Shown piece after piece: positions 25,548 to 39,579 of a stretch of 64,000 nt of DNA (positions are counted from its first letter, which is position 1; each line of letters starts with the position of its first letter). A model generated the notes under the pieces. The model was not told the origin of the DNA and did no database searches. It was given only the letters and a program-made list of their open reading frames with translations. Position numbers and translations under genes: made by a program. This stretch comes from Octopus vulgaris (taxonomy: Eukaryota): assembly GCA_951406725.2 (NCBI GenBank), contig OX597828.1, positions 68,820,001-68,884,000 of the forward strand. Direction: 5' to 3'.

Positions 25548-27230
25548 ATGGCTTCAACGAGTGGATATAAAAATGATCCCAATTTATTTTGCTATACATG
25601 CGGCGAGTTCACACCGAAATCCAACAGGAAACCGATATCTGACTTTTACAAGAAGGCCTATCGTGCTTACTTTCACGTCGAGCTTGGTGATCAGGACAAA
25701 AGGACAAATCATGGGCCCTTCACATTGTTTGCAAGACATGTTTGGAACACATGAGACAGGGGACTTCAGGTACCCGAAGATCGCTGAGATTTGCTATTCC
25801 TATGATCGTTAAAGTGTTTCTGTTATACTGTTCTAAAGAATCTGATGAATGCTACTTCTGCTCAGTCAATGTTGCGGGACTGAACCAAAAGAAATGCCGA
25901 TCTATCGACTATCCCAGTCTTCATTCGGCTATTCGACTGGTGCCGCGTTGAGATGATTTGCCAATCCCAGTTTTTCACGAAAATTTGTTGAAACTTATTG
26001 AAAGTGACGAGTCTGATACTGATGTAAAGGAGAGACACGGTGAAAACGATCCTGACTATGTTCCTGAGACCGTGCCAGAGCCGTTTAACTAAGATGAGCT
26101 GAATGATTTGGTTCGTGACTTAAATCTAAGCAAAGAATCAGCAGAACTTTTGGCCTCTAGGCTCAACGAAAAACATCTGTTAGCAAAAGGCATATATGGT
26201 AACATTCTATGGAAATGGGGATGCTGAATTTGTACCATTCTTTAATGACAAAACGGATCTTGTTCGTTGCAATGACGTTGAGAGCGTTCTTCTTCGCTTC
26301 GGCGTCCACAAATACAATCCTTTGATAGTTCAAGGCGTAGTTTGAAATGTGTTTTGCTCCATAATACCAATATATGTGTGCCAATGCTTACGGATCATTG
26401 AATAACACTGAAAGAAAAACATGATGCCATCAAACAGATTATGGAACAGATTGACTACACCAAACATAAATGGGTGCTATGTGTCGATTTGAAAATGGTA
26501 AATTTCCTGCTTGGTCAACAAAGTGGCTACCAAAAATCCCCATGTCTATTGTGTATGTGGGACAGTAGAGTAAAAGCGGAACACTTGAAAAAGAAAGATT
26601 GGCCACCCCGAGAGTTGAAGGTCAGTGGAAAGAAAGTTATTAGTGCAGCGCTAGTTCCGAAAGAAAAAAAATCATCTTTCCTCCCTTGCATATCAAATTG
26701 GGATTAATGGAACAGTATGTAAAATCACTCGAAAAAGAAAGTCAATGGTTTGAGTATATATGTAAATCGTTTCCAGGACTTAGCACCGAAAAACTCAAAG
26801 CAGGGGTGTTTGTTGGTCCTGATATCAGGAAACTCATTAGGGATGATGACTTTGTTAATTCAATGAATGACTTGGAATTACGTGTTTGGACATCGTTTGT
26901 TGACGTAGTGAAAAACTTCTTAGGCAATCGCCGGGTCGAAAACTACAAGGAGTTAGTGGAAAAGCCGTTGAAAAGCCTACAGGACATAGGCGCTAATATG
27001 AGTATTAAGGTTCATTTTTTACATAGCCATCGAGATGAATTTCCGGATAATTGCAGCGATGTGATTGATGAGCAAGGAGAACGATTCCATCAGGATATCA
27101 AAACAATGGAAGAGTGCTACCTGGGACAGTGAGTCAAACGAATGCTGGCTGACTACTGCTGGAGTATCAAAACGGACTTAAATAACATTGAACATAACAG
27201 ACGATCAAGAAAGAGAACATTTTTACCATA
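25548..27230 (+). pseudogene. Chapaev3-like transposase pseudogene
   Basis: DPNLFCYTCGEF, LGDQDK, CVDLKMVNFLLGQQSGY, HIKLGLM, NMSIKVHFLHSH and DEQGERFHQD motifs, broken by stops and frameshifts. Confidence 0.85.
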
Positions 27231-27310
27231 GTTCTTCTGTTCACGAAGGTTTTATTTCTGATGTTAGTTTATTTAATGATTTGATGAAAATACTTGTTGG
27301 TATTGGTATA

Positions 27311-27724
27311 CTCTTTACTCTTACTCTTTTACTTGTTTCAGTCATTTGACTGTGGCCATGCTGGAGCACCGTCTTTAGCCGAGCAAATCGACCCCAGGAC
27401 TTTGTAAGCCTAGTACTTATTCTATCAGTCTATTTTGCCGAACCGCTAAGTGACGGGGACGTAAACATACCAGCATCGGTTGTCAAGCGATGTTGGTGGT
27501 GATGGTGGGCAAACAAAAACATACACACACACATACACATGTATATATATACATATATACGACAAGCTTCTTTCAGTTTCCGTCTACCAAATCCACTCAC
27601 AAGGCTTTGGTCGGCCCGAGGTTATAGTAGAAGACATTTGCCCAAGGTGCCACGCAGTGGAACTGAACCCGGAACCATGTGGTTTGTAAGCAGGTTACTT
27701 ACCACACAGCCACTCCTACGCCTA
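27311..27724 (-). mobile_element. SINE family B, full length, nested in Chapaev3
   Basis: Complete head-to-tail match to the other B copies. Confidence 0.85.
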
Positions 27725-28087
27725 TTCAATCGTTTTTTTTTTTTTAAAGACTTAGGGTCTGATCGCTATTGCAAAAATAGTATTTCTCAATAAGCAGACC
27801 AATATCTGTTGGTTTCAATACGAATTGAGAGGTTTCTACGATTTTACTTTGAGAGATATTGCCATCGATCAATATCAAATATACAGAAAACAAATGAAGA
27901 AAATTCTTTTTTTCCCCAAAAGGAGGCATTTCTGGACAGCAAAAACGGTAGCTAACAAAGAAAAGGTCATTTTCAGATTCAGTGCCCTGAAATTAGCTAA
28001 ATAAAAAAATATGTTTGGTGTCTCGACACCACTTTAATTTTTTTTTCTTGACCAGTGTCATCTCTCTGTTTCTCTTTCTCTATGAAG

Positions 28088-28349
28088 GCAAAGGTAAGGT
28101 AAAGCTTTCTGGAGTCATGCCGACGCATAAGGGCCGGTTTCTCTGTTTCCATGGTGTATATTTTCTCCACCTGGACGGGATGTCGGTCCGGCACAGGATT
28201 ACTCAATTTTGCCAGTTGAGTGGACTAGTGTAACGTGAAATGAAGAGTTTTGCTCAAGAACACATTGGCATCGCCCGGTCTAGGAATCGAAACCACAATC
28301 TTACGATCATGAGTCAAGCACCTTAACCACTAAGCCAGGCACCTCCACA
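28088..28349 (-). mobile_element. tRNA-derived SINE family C
   Basis: TGGCTTAGTGGTT A-box, GTTTCGATTCC B-box, TTCTTGAGCAAAAC, CCCGTCCAGG, (TTACC)n tail; homologous to 31822-32063. Confidence 0.75.
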
Positions 28350-28719
28350 TAGAGGTATATATGTATGTGCGTTTTATTTTTCATCGAATTAGTGACAAAT
28401 TTGAAAATAAGGATCTCACATGTAAATGAAACTATAAAAAGGGGATCATATAATATGTCGGTGAATCATAAATATGTTCAGTCAAGGTTCACCTGGAGCT
28501 AAACAACACTACGCCACCGCGCCACGTCACTACAACATCATCATATCTGACCCCACTCAACCATATCACCTCATCTTCACACCTTCATGCAATCACGCCA
28601 AAAAGTTACCCCATCCCCCCATCATACCTCACCACACCAAACAGACACACCTCCACGACACTACGCCGCCGTGCAACCGTAACACCACAATGTTACAACT
28701 TCGCAACCTCACTCCGCCA

Positions 28720-29010
28720 TCACCACCTCCACCACCTCCACCACCTCCTCCACCACCACCACCATCACCACTACCACCACCACCACCACCACCACCACCA
28801 CCACCATCATCACCACTACCACCACCACCACCACCACCATCACCACCACCACCACCACCACCAGCATAACCACCACCACCACCACCACCACCACCTCCAC
28901 CATCACATCACCACCTCCACCACCATCACCACCACCACCACCACCACCACCACCACCACCACCACCACCACCACCACCACCACCACCACCACCACCACCA
29001 CCACCACCAA
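28720..29010. repeat. (CCA)n microsatellite
   Basis: Direct observation; explains the poly-Pro and poly-Gly ORFs. Confidence 0.95.
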
Positions 29011-29465
29011 ACAACAACAACAACAGTATCACAACTCCACCGCTGCTGCCACAATCATCGCCATCACGGCTGCCACCGCCACCGCCAGACCACTGCCGCC
29101 GCCACCTTCACCACCACCTCTCCTTATCTCATATTGCAGAAAGATTGAGAATTCCAGATCTTCCAAGCTTCATTTCAAATGCGACATCTCAATGGCGTCT
29201 GAGAAAAAAGAAACAAAAAAAAAAATAGGAAGAATACCACAAGTGTTTCTGCATCGAAAGATTGTGTTTGTGAAAGAGAGAAAGAAAGAGTGTGCATATG
29301 TATACGCTTGCGTATGTGGCGTGGTGTGTGACAAACTTTGTATTAAAGTGTGAAACGATATATATTTGAAAACAATTTTTTAAAAATATATATGATACAT
29401 ATTAAATGTGTCCGTATGTTTTTGTGGGCATATATATATATATGTATATATGCGTGAGAGAGGGA

Positions 29466-29502
<37 letters not shown>

Positions 29503-29529
29503 TGTGTGTGTATATATATATACATATAC

Positions 29530-29581
<52 letters not shown>

Positions 29582-29772
29582 ATACGTACACATACACTCA
29601 TATATATATGTATGTATATATATATATATATATCAGTGATTCTCTCCCCTTGAGCCAAATTTCTCTCCTTCCCCCTCACTTTTATTTCTTAGCAATCCTT
29701 TTTTCTATTTTCTATTGAAACGAAAACAACCACAGATGGCAGCAGCGGCGGTCACCAGTCAAATTTCACACG

Positions 29773-29837
<65 letters not shown>

Positions 29838-30366
29838 ATATATATAGGTATGTGTGTGTGTGTGTATTTGTACATATATATATATATATGTATTTATATT
29901 AATGTACATATATATATTGTATACACACACACATACATACATACTTATATATATTGCATTGAATTGAACTAGTTTCAGCTCAAGAGCTGTGACCATGCTG
30001 GAGTACACACACCACATACACACACACACACGCACACACACACACACACACAGATACGCACACACACCACACATATACATAGATATATATTCGTGTGTGT
30101 GTGTGTGTGTATGGCATGTGTAAGATGGAAGAGTTGGAATTGTGATGTGAAACCAAGAGACACCAGCTATGCAAAGTATAACAACTGTTGACAGGGTTAT
30201 CCTTGGTTCTGGCGTAGAAATGCTTACATTGACTCCCAACTCCCAGATGTCAGTAAATAAATCACCCACATACCAATACAATATAATAGACCTTTGCTCT
30301 CTATACGCTACCGTTTACCAGTTGATTTATGGTTTATGAATTTATATATATATGAAATCATAAACC

Positions 30367-30449
<83 letters not shown>

Positions 30450-30523
30450 GCCATGTTGAATCGCTAGCTTCTGCACGCATTTTTTTTCTCTCCTTGTTTC
30501 TCTCCGTGTTTCTTTTCTGTGTA

Positions 30524-30561
30524 TCTTTCTGTTGAAGAGCGTAGGCTCGAAACGTAAAAGA
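30524..30561 (+). ncRNA. Minimal HHR with core variant CUGUUGA, in a ~150-bp element (30447-30597) between (TA)n tracts
   Basis: TCTTT-CTGTTGA-A-GAGC-GTAG-GCTC-GAAA-CG-TA-AAAGA. Confidence 0.55.
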
Positions 30562-30641
30562 CTTCGTCTTTTGTTTATTTTCATAAAGTTTCCCGTTATA
30601 TATATATATATATATATATATGACAGTTAGTTGACTGTCAT

Positions 30642-30702
30642 AATAAAACTCAGAGTTTCGGATGCTGGGGCTGAAGTCTGCTCCGGCATCTCATCAGTTA
30701 TT
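30642..30702 (-). ncRNA. Type I hammerhead ribozyme
   Basis: AATAA-CTGATGA-GATGC..GCATC-C-GAAA-CTC-T-GAG-TT-TTATT; host element has an inverted repeat at 30621-30654 / 30717-30751. Confidence 0.65.
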
Positions 30703-30910
30703 CAGATAAACGTTTATCTTAAGTTTTATTATGACAACCAACTATTTGTCACATATTATATTTATAAATTCCTCTATTTTACATAATATCAAGGTCTCAT
30801 TCATTCTTTTGTTGTCATATTATTATTATTAATACACACACACACACACACACGCACACACACTCACACATATATATGTATGCATGTATATGTATATATA
30901 TATATATATG

Positions 30911-30952
<42 letters not shown>

Positions 30953-30958
<6 letters not shown>

Positions 30959-31157
30959 ATCCAAACAAGAAAACACAGAAAAAAACACAGCAACGCGAGG
31001 ACGTGGAACAATTAAAGTATTATTTGACGCTCAGGAAAGAAGGGAAGGAGGGTTTAACGTTCTGAGGGAGCTCTTCGTCGGAAACATAGGAGAAGGAAAG
31101 ATCCCAAGAAGGGAAGACAGAGGAAAAAAATATTTTTGCTGGTGGTACTCAAGAGAT

Positions 31158-31160
<3 letters not shown>
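30953..31160 (-). mobile_element. Second copy of the 991-1199 element (HHR core degraded)
   Basis: TAGTTAATCCAAAC..GCGAGGACGTGGAACAA..GAGCTCTTCGTCGGAAAC homology. Confidence 0.7.
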
Positions 31161-31232
<72 letters not shown>

Positions 31233-31429
31233 AAAAATTTTATATAATTACATATAGCTTCGAATTTAAGCATGAGTCTCCTGACCTGGAAATGTTGGTA
31301 AAGGGTGTTAGAGGGAGAAGCTAAGGAAGAGTTGGGTGGGAGAAGAAACAGAGCATAGATATCGGTTATCCTGGCTGAAAAGGTGGGTCGTTCAAAATTG
31401 AATAGTGCTTAAAATTTCGCAATCTAAAC

Positions 31430-32440
31430 AGCTTCGCGTGTAGGTAAGAAGAAAATATTTCCTGATGTTCAAAATGTTTTCTCTGGAGACTAATATATCT
31501 ATGATACAGAGGTTGTATTTGCTGTTCCATCCTTTATACTCGCCGGCCTTGGCTATAATACACCAGTTTATTTAGGAGGTGGTTTCCACACACCTATCTT
31601 TTAGCGTTACATTTCAAACAAAATATAATGTTCTTTTATTCTTATCTCTGAAAGAAGTCAAGATCTGTGTCTACGTTTTGTGGAGATGTTTTCTACCAGT
31701 TTGATATGAGTTTAAAAACTGTCTATATCTGCGGTATGGAGCCTGTAGATCAGTTCTTTTCCTGGGCAAATTTTATTCAAAGGGCAGTTTGGGGGGAGAT
31801 CTGAGTTATATTATAAATAAATGCACCCTTTTTAAAGCCTAGGCAGGCTCATGGGCCCGGTTTCCCGATTTCAATGGCGTATGTGTTCTCCAGCTGGATG
31901 AGACTCCAGTCCATCGCAGCGTTTCTCATTTTTGCCAGCTGAGTGAACTGGAGCAACGTGAAATAAAGTGTTTTGCTCAAGAATACAACGCGTCACCCGG
32001 TCCAGGAATCGAAACCACAATCTTACGATCATGATGCTGACACCCTAACCACTAGGCCACGCGTCTGTTGTGGGACGTTCCAAATGTTATTGTAGATCTT
32101 GACACGCAACTTTTGATGTACATATGGGATAATACAGTCCGTGGCGCAAAATCTGGAGCACCCATTGTATAATATATTCCTAAATGCATTATGTATCGAG
32201 GATCACAAAACATAAACCCGGCCTTGGACATACTAGGCTTGAAAAAAGAAATTCGAAAAACTATAGAGAGAAAGATTACGGCTAGGAAGTATTTTACAAT
32301 CGTTTGACTTAAAACACTTTTTATTTGTTTGGTGCATAAAAGAGTATATGCCCATATCTCGTATGTGTCTATATCTTTGCTGGGCCTTTGACACCGCTGA
32401 TATATGTTCAATGATTCCTTCAAACAGTTGCATGTCGGCT
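31430..32440 (-). mobile_element. Decayed Penelope-like element: RT and GIY-YIG endonuclease remnants
   Basis: Minus strand NCPLNKIC..LIYR, TSFRDKNK, INWCIIAKAGEY..NLC..ILN (Penelope endonuclease); TMGAPDFA resembles the Penelope RT 'TMGS.DGAE' motif; interrupted by a SINE. Confidence 0.6.
31822..32063 (-). mobile_element. SINE family C
   Basis: TGGCCTAGTGGTTAGG head, CTGCGATGGACTGG domain, GGAAACCGGG tail. Confidence 0.75.
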
Positions 32441-32485
<45 letters not shown>

Positions 32486-33102
32486 GCGTGTAAAAGAGGT
32501 GAGATTGGGTGTATAGGTTGATGTAGGGGTTGAGAAAGGGGGTAGATACAATGTGGGTAACGAATGAGATAAGAGAAGCGAGCTGGTCATGCTTGGGTGA
32601 ATGTGGCGCGACATCATTTGGCTCTTAGGACAACAGACCATTGTAGAAAAGATAAAGAGAGGGGAGACAATAGATGGCTGTCGATGAATGAGGTCGTAAA
32701 AACAACAACAGCCTATTACTCTGTTGGTAGACTTCTGCAACTCCTGTTTATAATATACATGTCATCATGTAGCAATATGAATCCGTTTCCGGTTCTATCC
32801 ACAGTTCCCGAGTGAACCGCAATATAAATGAATGTCTACCCAAAAACATTGTACTGCTTTTACCTTGCCTAAGATATTAAACATTGAGAAAACACCAATT
32901 TTTTTTCTGCAACGAGTCCTTGGTTGCAACTGTTGGGAAGTGAGTCATTGGCAATTAACTGAATGGCTTCTGAGTGGGCGACACCGACGGGGATGTTTGT
33001 GTGGGTGACAACAGCGCCAGACCCGATTTGTGCGACGCTCCAATATGGGTCACACGTGAGTTTTCTCGAGGACTATCAAATGTTTTAGGCTAAGGTATTA
33101 TG

Positions 33103-33247
<145 letters not shown>

Positions 33248-33453
33248 GTATATATGTATGTATGTATATATACATAAATAATATATATATATATATATAT
33301 ATACATATATAATGTATATATATATATACATACATACACACACACACATATATAATTAAGATTCAGTTGAATTAGGTACTTAAACTGAGGCACCAAGCCT
33401 CGAAGTTAGATGAACAAAATGTAAACAAGTAACAAAGATGTCCAGGTATCAAT

Positions 33454-33538
33454 GCATTACGGCTGTTTCGAGCGGCTCCATTTAATTGACTAATGAAAAC
33501 ATTACATCAATTTGAAAGAAACCGGTCTCCTCAGGGGC
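33454..33538 (-). ncRNA. Degenerate HHR with long stem II
   Basis: CTGAGGA-GACCGG..CCGCTC-GAAA-CAGCCG-TA-ATGC; stems I and III partly mutated. Confidence 0.45.
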
Positions 33539-33760
33539 AGATGACCATATCGATTTCCAACATAAAGGATAAACCATTTTTTTAATAAATCTATATCAGT
33601 ACTAGAAACCAAAATAATTACATTGTTAACATAAGGAAACAATATATATATATATATATATATACCAGAGTAAGCAGATAAATGTGAAAAAAGTTGTAAA
33701 AAAGAGTACTAAAAAACCAGAAATAGAGTAATATGCTTTATTTAAAAGCAGTTAACAAAA

Positions 33761-33797
33761 CTGTCCGACGAACGGAACGTGAAACTCCGAGTAACAG
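33761..33797 (+). ncRNA. Minimal HHR (U4>C core variant)
   Basis: CTGT-CCGACGA-ACG-GAA-CGT-GAAA-CTC-C-GAG-TA-ACAG, within flanking inverted repeats. Confidence 0.6.
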
Positions 33798-33829
33798 CTT
33801 TTGTTATATTTCTGCTGATTTTAAATAAA

Positions 33830-33890
<61 letters not shown>

Positions 33891-34042
33891 AATTAAGGAC
33901 TGAACACGAAAAAGTGGACAGTCAACATGCTAGATATAGACGTCAAATCGCCATTCTCCACAAAAAGTCTATGTTCTCAGATCAAACTCAACACAAAACC
34001 AAAACAATAAACAAGTGAAAAATATACGAAATAAATATTTAC

Positions 34043-34108
34043 CCATGTACTAAATTCAGTTTCGGCTGTTATTTTCCGCAAGGAAAAGTGCAGCCATCAT
34101 CAGCATGG
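34043..34108 (-). ncRNA. Type I hammerhead ribozyme, apparently intact
   Basis: CCATG-CTGATGA-T-GGCTG-[TTTTCC-TTGC-GGAAAA hairpin]-CAGCC-GAAA-CTGAATTTAG-TA-CATGG. Confidence 0.8.
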
Positions 34109-34115
34109 TCCCATG

Positions 34116-34171
<56 letters not shown>

Positions 34172-34620
34172 AATATATATATATATATAAACACACACAC
34201 ACACACATATTATAGTCATAGTCATACGTGTGTGTGTCCTTGAGCATGAGTTTTTTCCTCGGTCCTCCAGTGAGAACCGGAGTTGGTTTATTTATGTCCC
34301 TGTTATTTAGTAATTAAGAAAAGGGGGCCATAGAATAAATACCAGGCTTTAAAATAAATAAGGACTGGGGACGATTTGTTCAACGTAAACACTTCGATGC
34401 GGTGTCCCGGTGTGGCTGCAATCCAAAGATTGAAACAAGTACAAGTTAAAACATACATATATGAAAACACGTACATTCACGATAATAATTATAAATGTGC
34501 TCTACACATTGTATTTTCATTCAAGACACACATTTCTGAATGTATACATATATTTATATTTACATATATAATACAATGTAAAGGTTCGCGGTTTCGTGTG
34601 TATGTGTGTGATTATTTGTG

Positions 34621-34702
<82 letters not shown>

Positions 34703-35033
34703 AATAGAAGTACTACACGTCATTAGGATGTATTTAGACTTATGATAAATTTTACGGTGTTTTTGGTATATAACACATTTTTACCCATGCTATGGAAAGT
34801 ATACTATGGTTAAACCATAAGTTTTAATACCAATTTCAAATTCTAGTACAAGGCCAGCAGCTTCAGGGGTGTGGGTAAGACCACATTACTCAGCTGGCAT
34901 TTATTTTATCTATCCCGAAAGGGTGAAAGTCAAAGTCGGCCTCGGTGGATTTGAAATCAGAACGTAAAGACGGACGAAAAGTCGCTGAGTATTTTATCCA
35001 CCTTAAAACAATATAGCTAGAGAATTAACCTCT

Positions 35034-35074
35034 CACTCGCTAGTTTCGGACTTTTTACTGCTTCATCAGAAGTG
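35034..35074 (-). ncRNA. Decayed HHR-like motif
   Basis: CACTT-CTGATGA..CC-GAAA-CTAG-CG-AGTG; stem II and cleavage triplet disrupted. Confidence 0.3.
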
Positions 35075-35251
35075 GATTGCTCATTTTTCTTTCAGTACGG
35101 TATCTAGTTTTTACCTCGAGGCTAAAACTAATTACGAAAACGCATGTCGACCTCATGTATGGGTGTGGGTATTGTATACATACATATAGACACCCCATCC
35201 CCACAAACACACACATGGTTTGTTTAAATACACACACATGGTTTGTATTAA

Positions 35252-35482
35252 GGCGGCGAGCTGGCAGAAACGTTAGCACGCCGGGCGAAATGCGCAGCCG
35301 TATTTCGTCTGCCGTTACGTTCTGAGTTCAAATTCCGCCGAGGTCGACTTTGTCTTTCATCCTTTCGGGGTCGATAAATTAAGTACTAGTTACGTCCTGG
35401 GGTCGATGTAATCGACTTAATCCGTTTGTCTGTCCTTGTTCGTCCCCTCTGTGTTTAGCCCCTTGTGGGTAATAAAGAAATA
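35252..35482 (+). mobile_element. SINE family A, full length with TSD
   Basis: Complete consensus; GGTTTGTAT(T/A)AA duplicated on both sides. Confidence 0.9.
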
Positions 35483-35977
35483 GGTTTGTATAAATACACG
35501 TGCCTGGAGGAACAAAAGTTAATTCATACAGGTCTGATAGAAATCAGTTCCAAATTACTCCGTGGGATATTTAATTATTCTGGAGCTATGACTATCGTCT
35601 TAAAAAGCAAGTGCTTCAGTACCATGTAGACTTAGGATCGGTTGTTTACTTGTCTGAACGGCCCAACTATGCAAAAAAAGAATAAGTTAGCTACCTTGCC
35701 TTATAAAACCGAAGCTAGCTAACTAGTAGTCCAAAGGAGACGAAAATATGTGAGAGGCTCTATTAATGCCCTCTAAAGTGTTCCGTTGCCATAGTAATAA
35801 ATGTGTAAATTTATACAGTTACCGAGAACCAATAGCGTTGCATACAAGGCTTGTGTTACACGCACTTATATGACACTCATGAACACATTTGAATTCTTTC
35901 AAAACTGAGACCAATCTATTCTAAAGAGGTTTGTGAAATATTTAACGATTTCACTGTTATGTCTATACATACATACA

Positions 35978-36011
<34 letters not shown>

Positions 36012-36021
36012 CATATATATG

Positions 36022-36075
<54 letters not shown>

Positions 36076-36127
36076 CAAACAAATATATAATATATACATA
36101 TGCATACAGACATACACACACACTTAT

Positions 36128-36198
<71 letters not shown>

Positions 36199-36555
36199 AT
36201 ATATGTATTAATATATATGTATGTGTGCATGCATGCATGTTTGTACGTATGTGTATGCTTGTCTGTGTATGTATATAGGTTGGAAGGGTAGGAGTGGAAT
36301 AAGAGGATTGGTTTAACTAACCATAGTTCATTGGGTGGATGCTTATCCAATAACAGTATTTCACGTTAACAGATTAAAATATGAATATTTTCTATTTGGG
36401 GAAAATATATTTGTTGTTTGGTGATACAGGTTTCATATGGTCGTTAAGGAATATTCAGTTAAAAATGGAATTGAAATAATTTATCATAATTCTCACTGTT
36501 TAAATAATCATGACCTTATATGTTCTAATTAAATTTATTTTCCATAGTTTGTGAA

Positions 36556-36578
36556 TCTCTCTATATATAAACGGCAAA

Positions 36579-36670
<92 letters not shown>

Positions 36671-36955
36671 CCTTTATACAAATCCACAATTTTTCAGTTA
36701 GAGGGCTCGCACTTTCTATGGTCATTCAAAACCGTCTAAGGGTGGTCGAGCACATCTTTACATTTCCCCAGTCACCCAGCAAAGCCATTAAAAAATAAAT
36801 AGAAGTGACTTTTTTGTGAATTTTTTATCCAAAACCCAATCAAAATGCCCGAAACTTGATATACCAATTGAATGCCAGCTATCTGTATGTGATTGGTCGG
36901 AGATTTGGACAGTACTCGCGTGTATGTGCGCACGCACGCAGCTGTATATGCATGC
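36556..36955 (+). mobile_element. Non-autonomous Helitron 5' part
   Basis: A|TCTCTCTATATATAAACGGCAAAAT(GT)n start typical of Helitron-N 5' termini. Confidence 0.5.
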
Positions 36956-37054
36956 AGTAGAAGACACTTGCCCAAGGTGCCACGCAGTGGGACTGAATCC
37001 GGAACCCTGTGGTTCGTAAGCAATCTACTTACCACACAGCCACTCCTACGCCTA

Positions 37055-37680
37055 TACTGTTTAACAATCGCAAGTAGGTCCTGTAGTTGTTGGACATTTT
37101 TTGCAAAGAGTTTTAAATCATCCATGTAAATGAGAAGGTTTATATTTTTATCAAACATTTTATAACTGTACTGTACATCATTGAACAATTTCGAGAGAAG
37201 TATTAAGGCTAGACAAAAGAGGAGTGGTGATAGAGAGTCACCCTGGAAAATGCCACATGAAATTTTTACATCTCCAGCATTTAGAGATTCATTGTGACTC
37301 TTCAAAGTCAGTGTGGTTCTCCATGATCTCATACTTACAGACAAGAAGTTTCGCAGAGTAGGTGCCTTTTATATATTTCCAGACATTTCTTAATCCAGCT
37401 ATGTGGTAGACTATCAAAAGCTTTTCTATAGTCTATCCAGGTTATCGACAAGTTTTTGTGTCGTTTGTGACAATCTTCCAAGATAATCTTATTGATGAGT
37501 AGCTGATCTTTACAACCATAGGACCTACGTTTACATCCTTTTTGCTCATTAGAGAATATGCCACTTTCTATTAAAAAAACTATAGGTATATTCAGTCAAA
37601 ACAGATGTTAGCATTTTATAGATCGTTGTTAAGCAGGTTATGAGTCTATAATTTTTTGGTTCATTTGTTTCTTCAGTTTT
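37055..37680 (-). mobile_element. R4/Dong-clade LINE reverse transcriptase fragment
   Basis: [45 protein letters not shown] and YMDDLKLFAK motifs. Confidence 0.85.
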
Positions 37681-37918
37681 CGTATCTATTTCTTTATCTC
37701 CAGAACAAGAAATTATTAAATCTAAGAGACAACTTTAAAGTTAAGTTTGCAATAAAAATAATTTTAAAAAAATAATGTGGCAGAGTAAAATATGCAGATA
37801 AAAACTCTGTTGCATATGTCAGCAAATACTTCGACAAAATGCAATGATTCAGTATTACTAGCAAATATCACATCCCCAGCTGGACGTCTTCAACTGACTG
37901 CGTTGCTGAGTGTTACAG

Positions 37919-37953
<35 letters not shown>

Positions 37954-38099
37954 GTATATATATTTACAAACAAATATATATATACCTCTGACCCGATCAA
38001 ACTTAACATAACTGCTAGTCTACATTTTAATGTGATTTAGAATTATCCCTTTATATCATTATCTAATAGAATCCATTGTTTCAAAACTTAAGGCCAATC

Positions 38100-38250
38100 T
38101 GGTAAAGAAATAATCGATAAAAACCCTGGAAAATCAATCAGAGCCAAAGCAAAGGAGGACCACAAGGTTTCAGAATGCATCATCAGAAGAGTTGTGTATG
38201 AGGACATCTGGAGCAATTCATATGTGACGCGGAGGGTTCAGTTCATCTTG
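38100..38250 (+). mobile_element. Tc1/mariner (maT-like) transposase HTH fragment
   Basis: IIDKNPGKSIRA..VSECIIRRVVYEDI..YV.RR; nearly identical to 40320-40450. Confidence 0.6.
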
Positions 38251-39084
38251 GATTCAGCGCCCTCAAATTGCCATAAATTCATACGGATATTGTTGGCAAC
38301 ATGAAAAAAAGGAAAAGAAAAAATTCTATGTGTAGGTAAGTAATAAACTTTTCTTGAACAATTCGAAAGCCAACGAAGGCGAAACTGTGACCGTCTTCTA
38401 GCTAAGTTGAATAATTACCTCGATCTTACGTAGAATTCTTTGTACAGTTGATGACTGACGTTTTTTTTTCTAAATGTCTCAAGACACAGAGGCACTTATT
38501 AAATATGTGCGTGTTTGCATGTGTATTTAAAAGAACGTGTGTGTATGTACACGTGTGTGTATGTACACGTGTGTGTACTTTTGAATATTGCAGATTGCAA
38601 AAAACATATACATAACACACAAACATATACATCTATTAGTGCATAAGTATATACAACGTTATACTTAACAACGTTTAGAGAGAGTGAGAGAGAGAGACAG
38701 ACAGAAAGAGAGAGAGAGAGAGAGAGACAGAAAGAGAGAGAGAGAAAGAGAGAGACGGACAAACAAATAGACTGACAGACAGACAGAGGGGGAGAGAGAG
38801 AAAAGGAGAGAGAGGGAGGGAGAAAAGGAAAGGAAATAATGGGTGAGGTTGAGAAAGATGATGAGAGTGAGAGAGAGAGAGAGAAAGAGAGAGAGAGATA
38901 GATATAGAGAGAGAGAAAGAAAGAGAGAGAAAGAGAGAGAAAGAAAGAGAGAGAAAGAGAGAGAAAGAGCGAGAGAGAAAGAGACAGGCAGACAAATAGA
39001 CTGACAGACAGACAGAGGGGGAGAGAGAGAAAAGGAGAGAGAGGGAGGGAGAAAAGGAAAGGAAGGAGTGGGTGAGGTTGAGAA

Positions 39085-39125
<41 letters not shown>

Positions 39126-39579
39126 GGGAGAGAGAGAGAGAGAAAATGGTAGAGAGTAAGAAGTGTTACAGCTGAACGTAAAGGCAACGACCACCTTATT
39201 ACAGACGAAAAACTCCCCTGGGTCTATTTATTTGTGAGTGTTTATAGCATACACTTTGCTTACTTAGATATCAGCCGTGTTGCTTGTTGATGGTGTGAGT
39301 CGTGTATGCAATGGCGCACAACATCCGCTAATTCATACGGCAACAGGTTTAATTTTTTATATATCGTCAGTCAAATAGAACAACATTCATCGCAGTCGGA
39401 TATTGAGCTTTGTGTGTTTGCGCACGCGTGTTTGCCCGTGTTGTATGTGGACGTGCGTGTGAGCAGTGGTGTGTATGTGTGCTGGGGTACCGGGTTATAT
39501 ATCTATAAAGCGTTACCCCAGCATGGCCGCAGTTTAATGACAAAACTAAAACCAGTAAAAGATAAAAAGTGTGTGTGTA

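Larger units (their letters stand above)
24824..28057 (+). mobile_element. Full-length decayed CMC/Chapaev3-type DNA transposon
   Basis: Termini CACTGGTCAA../..TTGACCAGTG, ~100-bp imperfect subterminal inverted repeats, flanks TAA/TCA, internal transposase. Confidence 0.8.

Noticed and set aside
36772-37344. 190-aa ORF as a functional RT
   Set aside because: Chimera of an R4 RT fragment, a SINE B head and Helitron sequence
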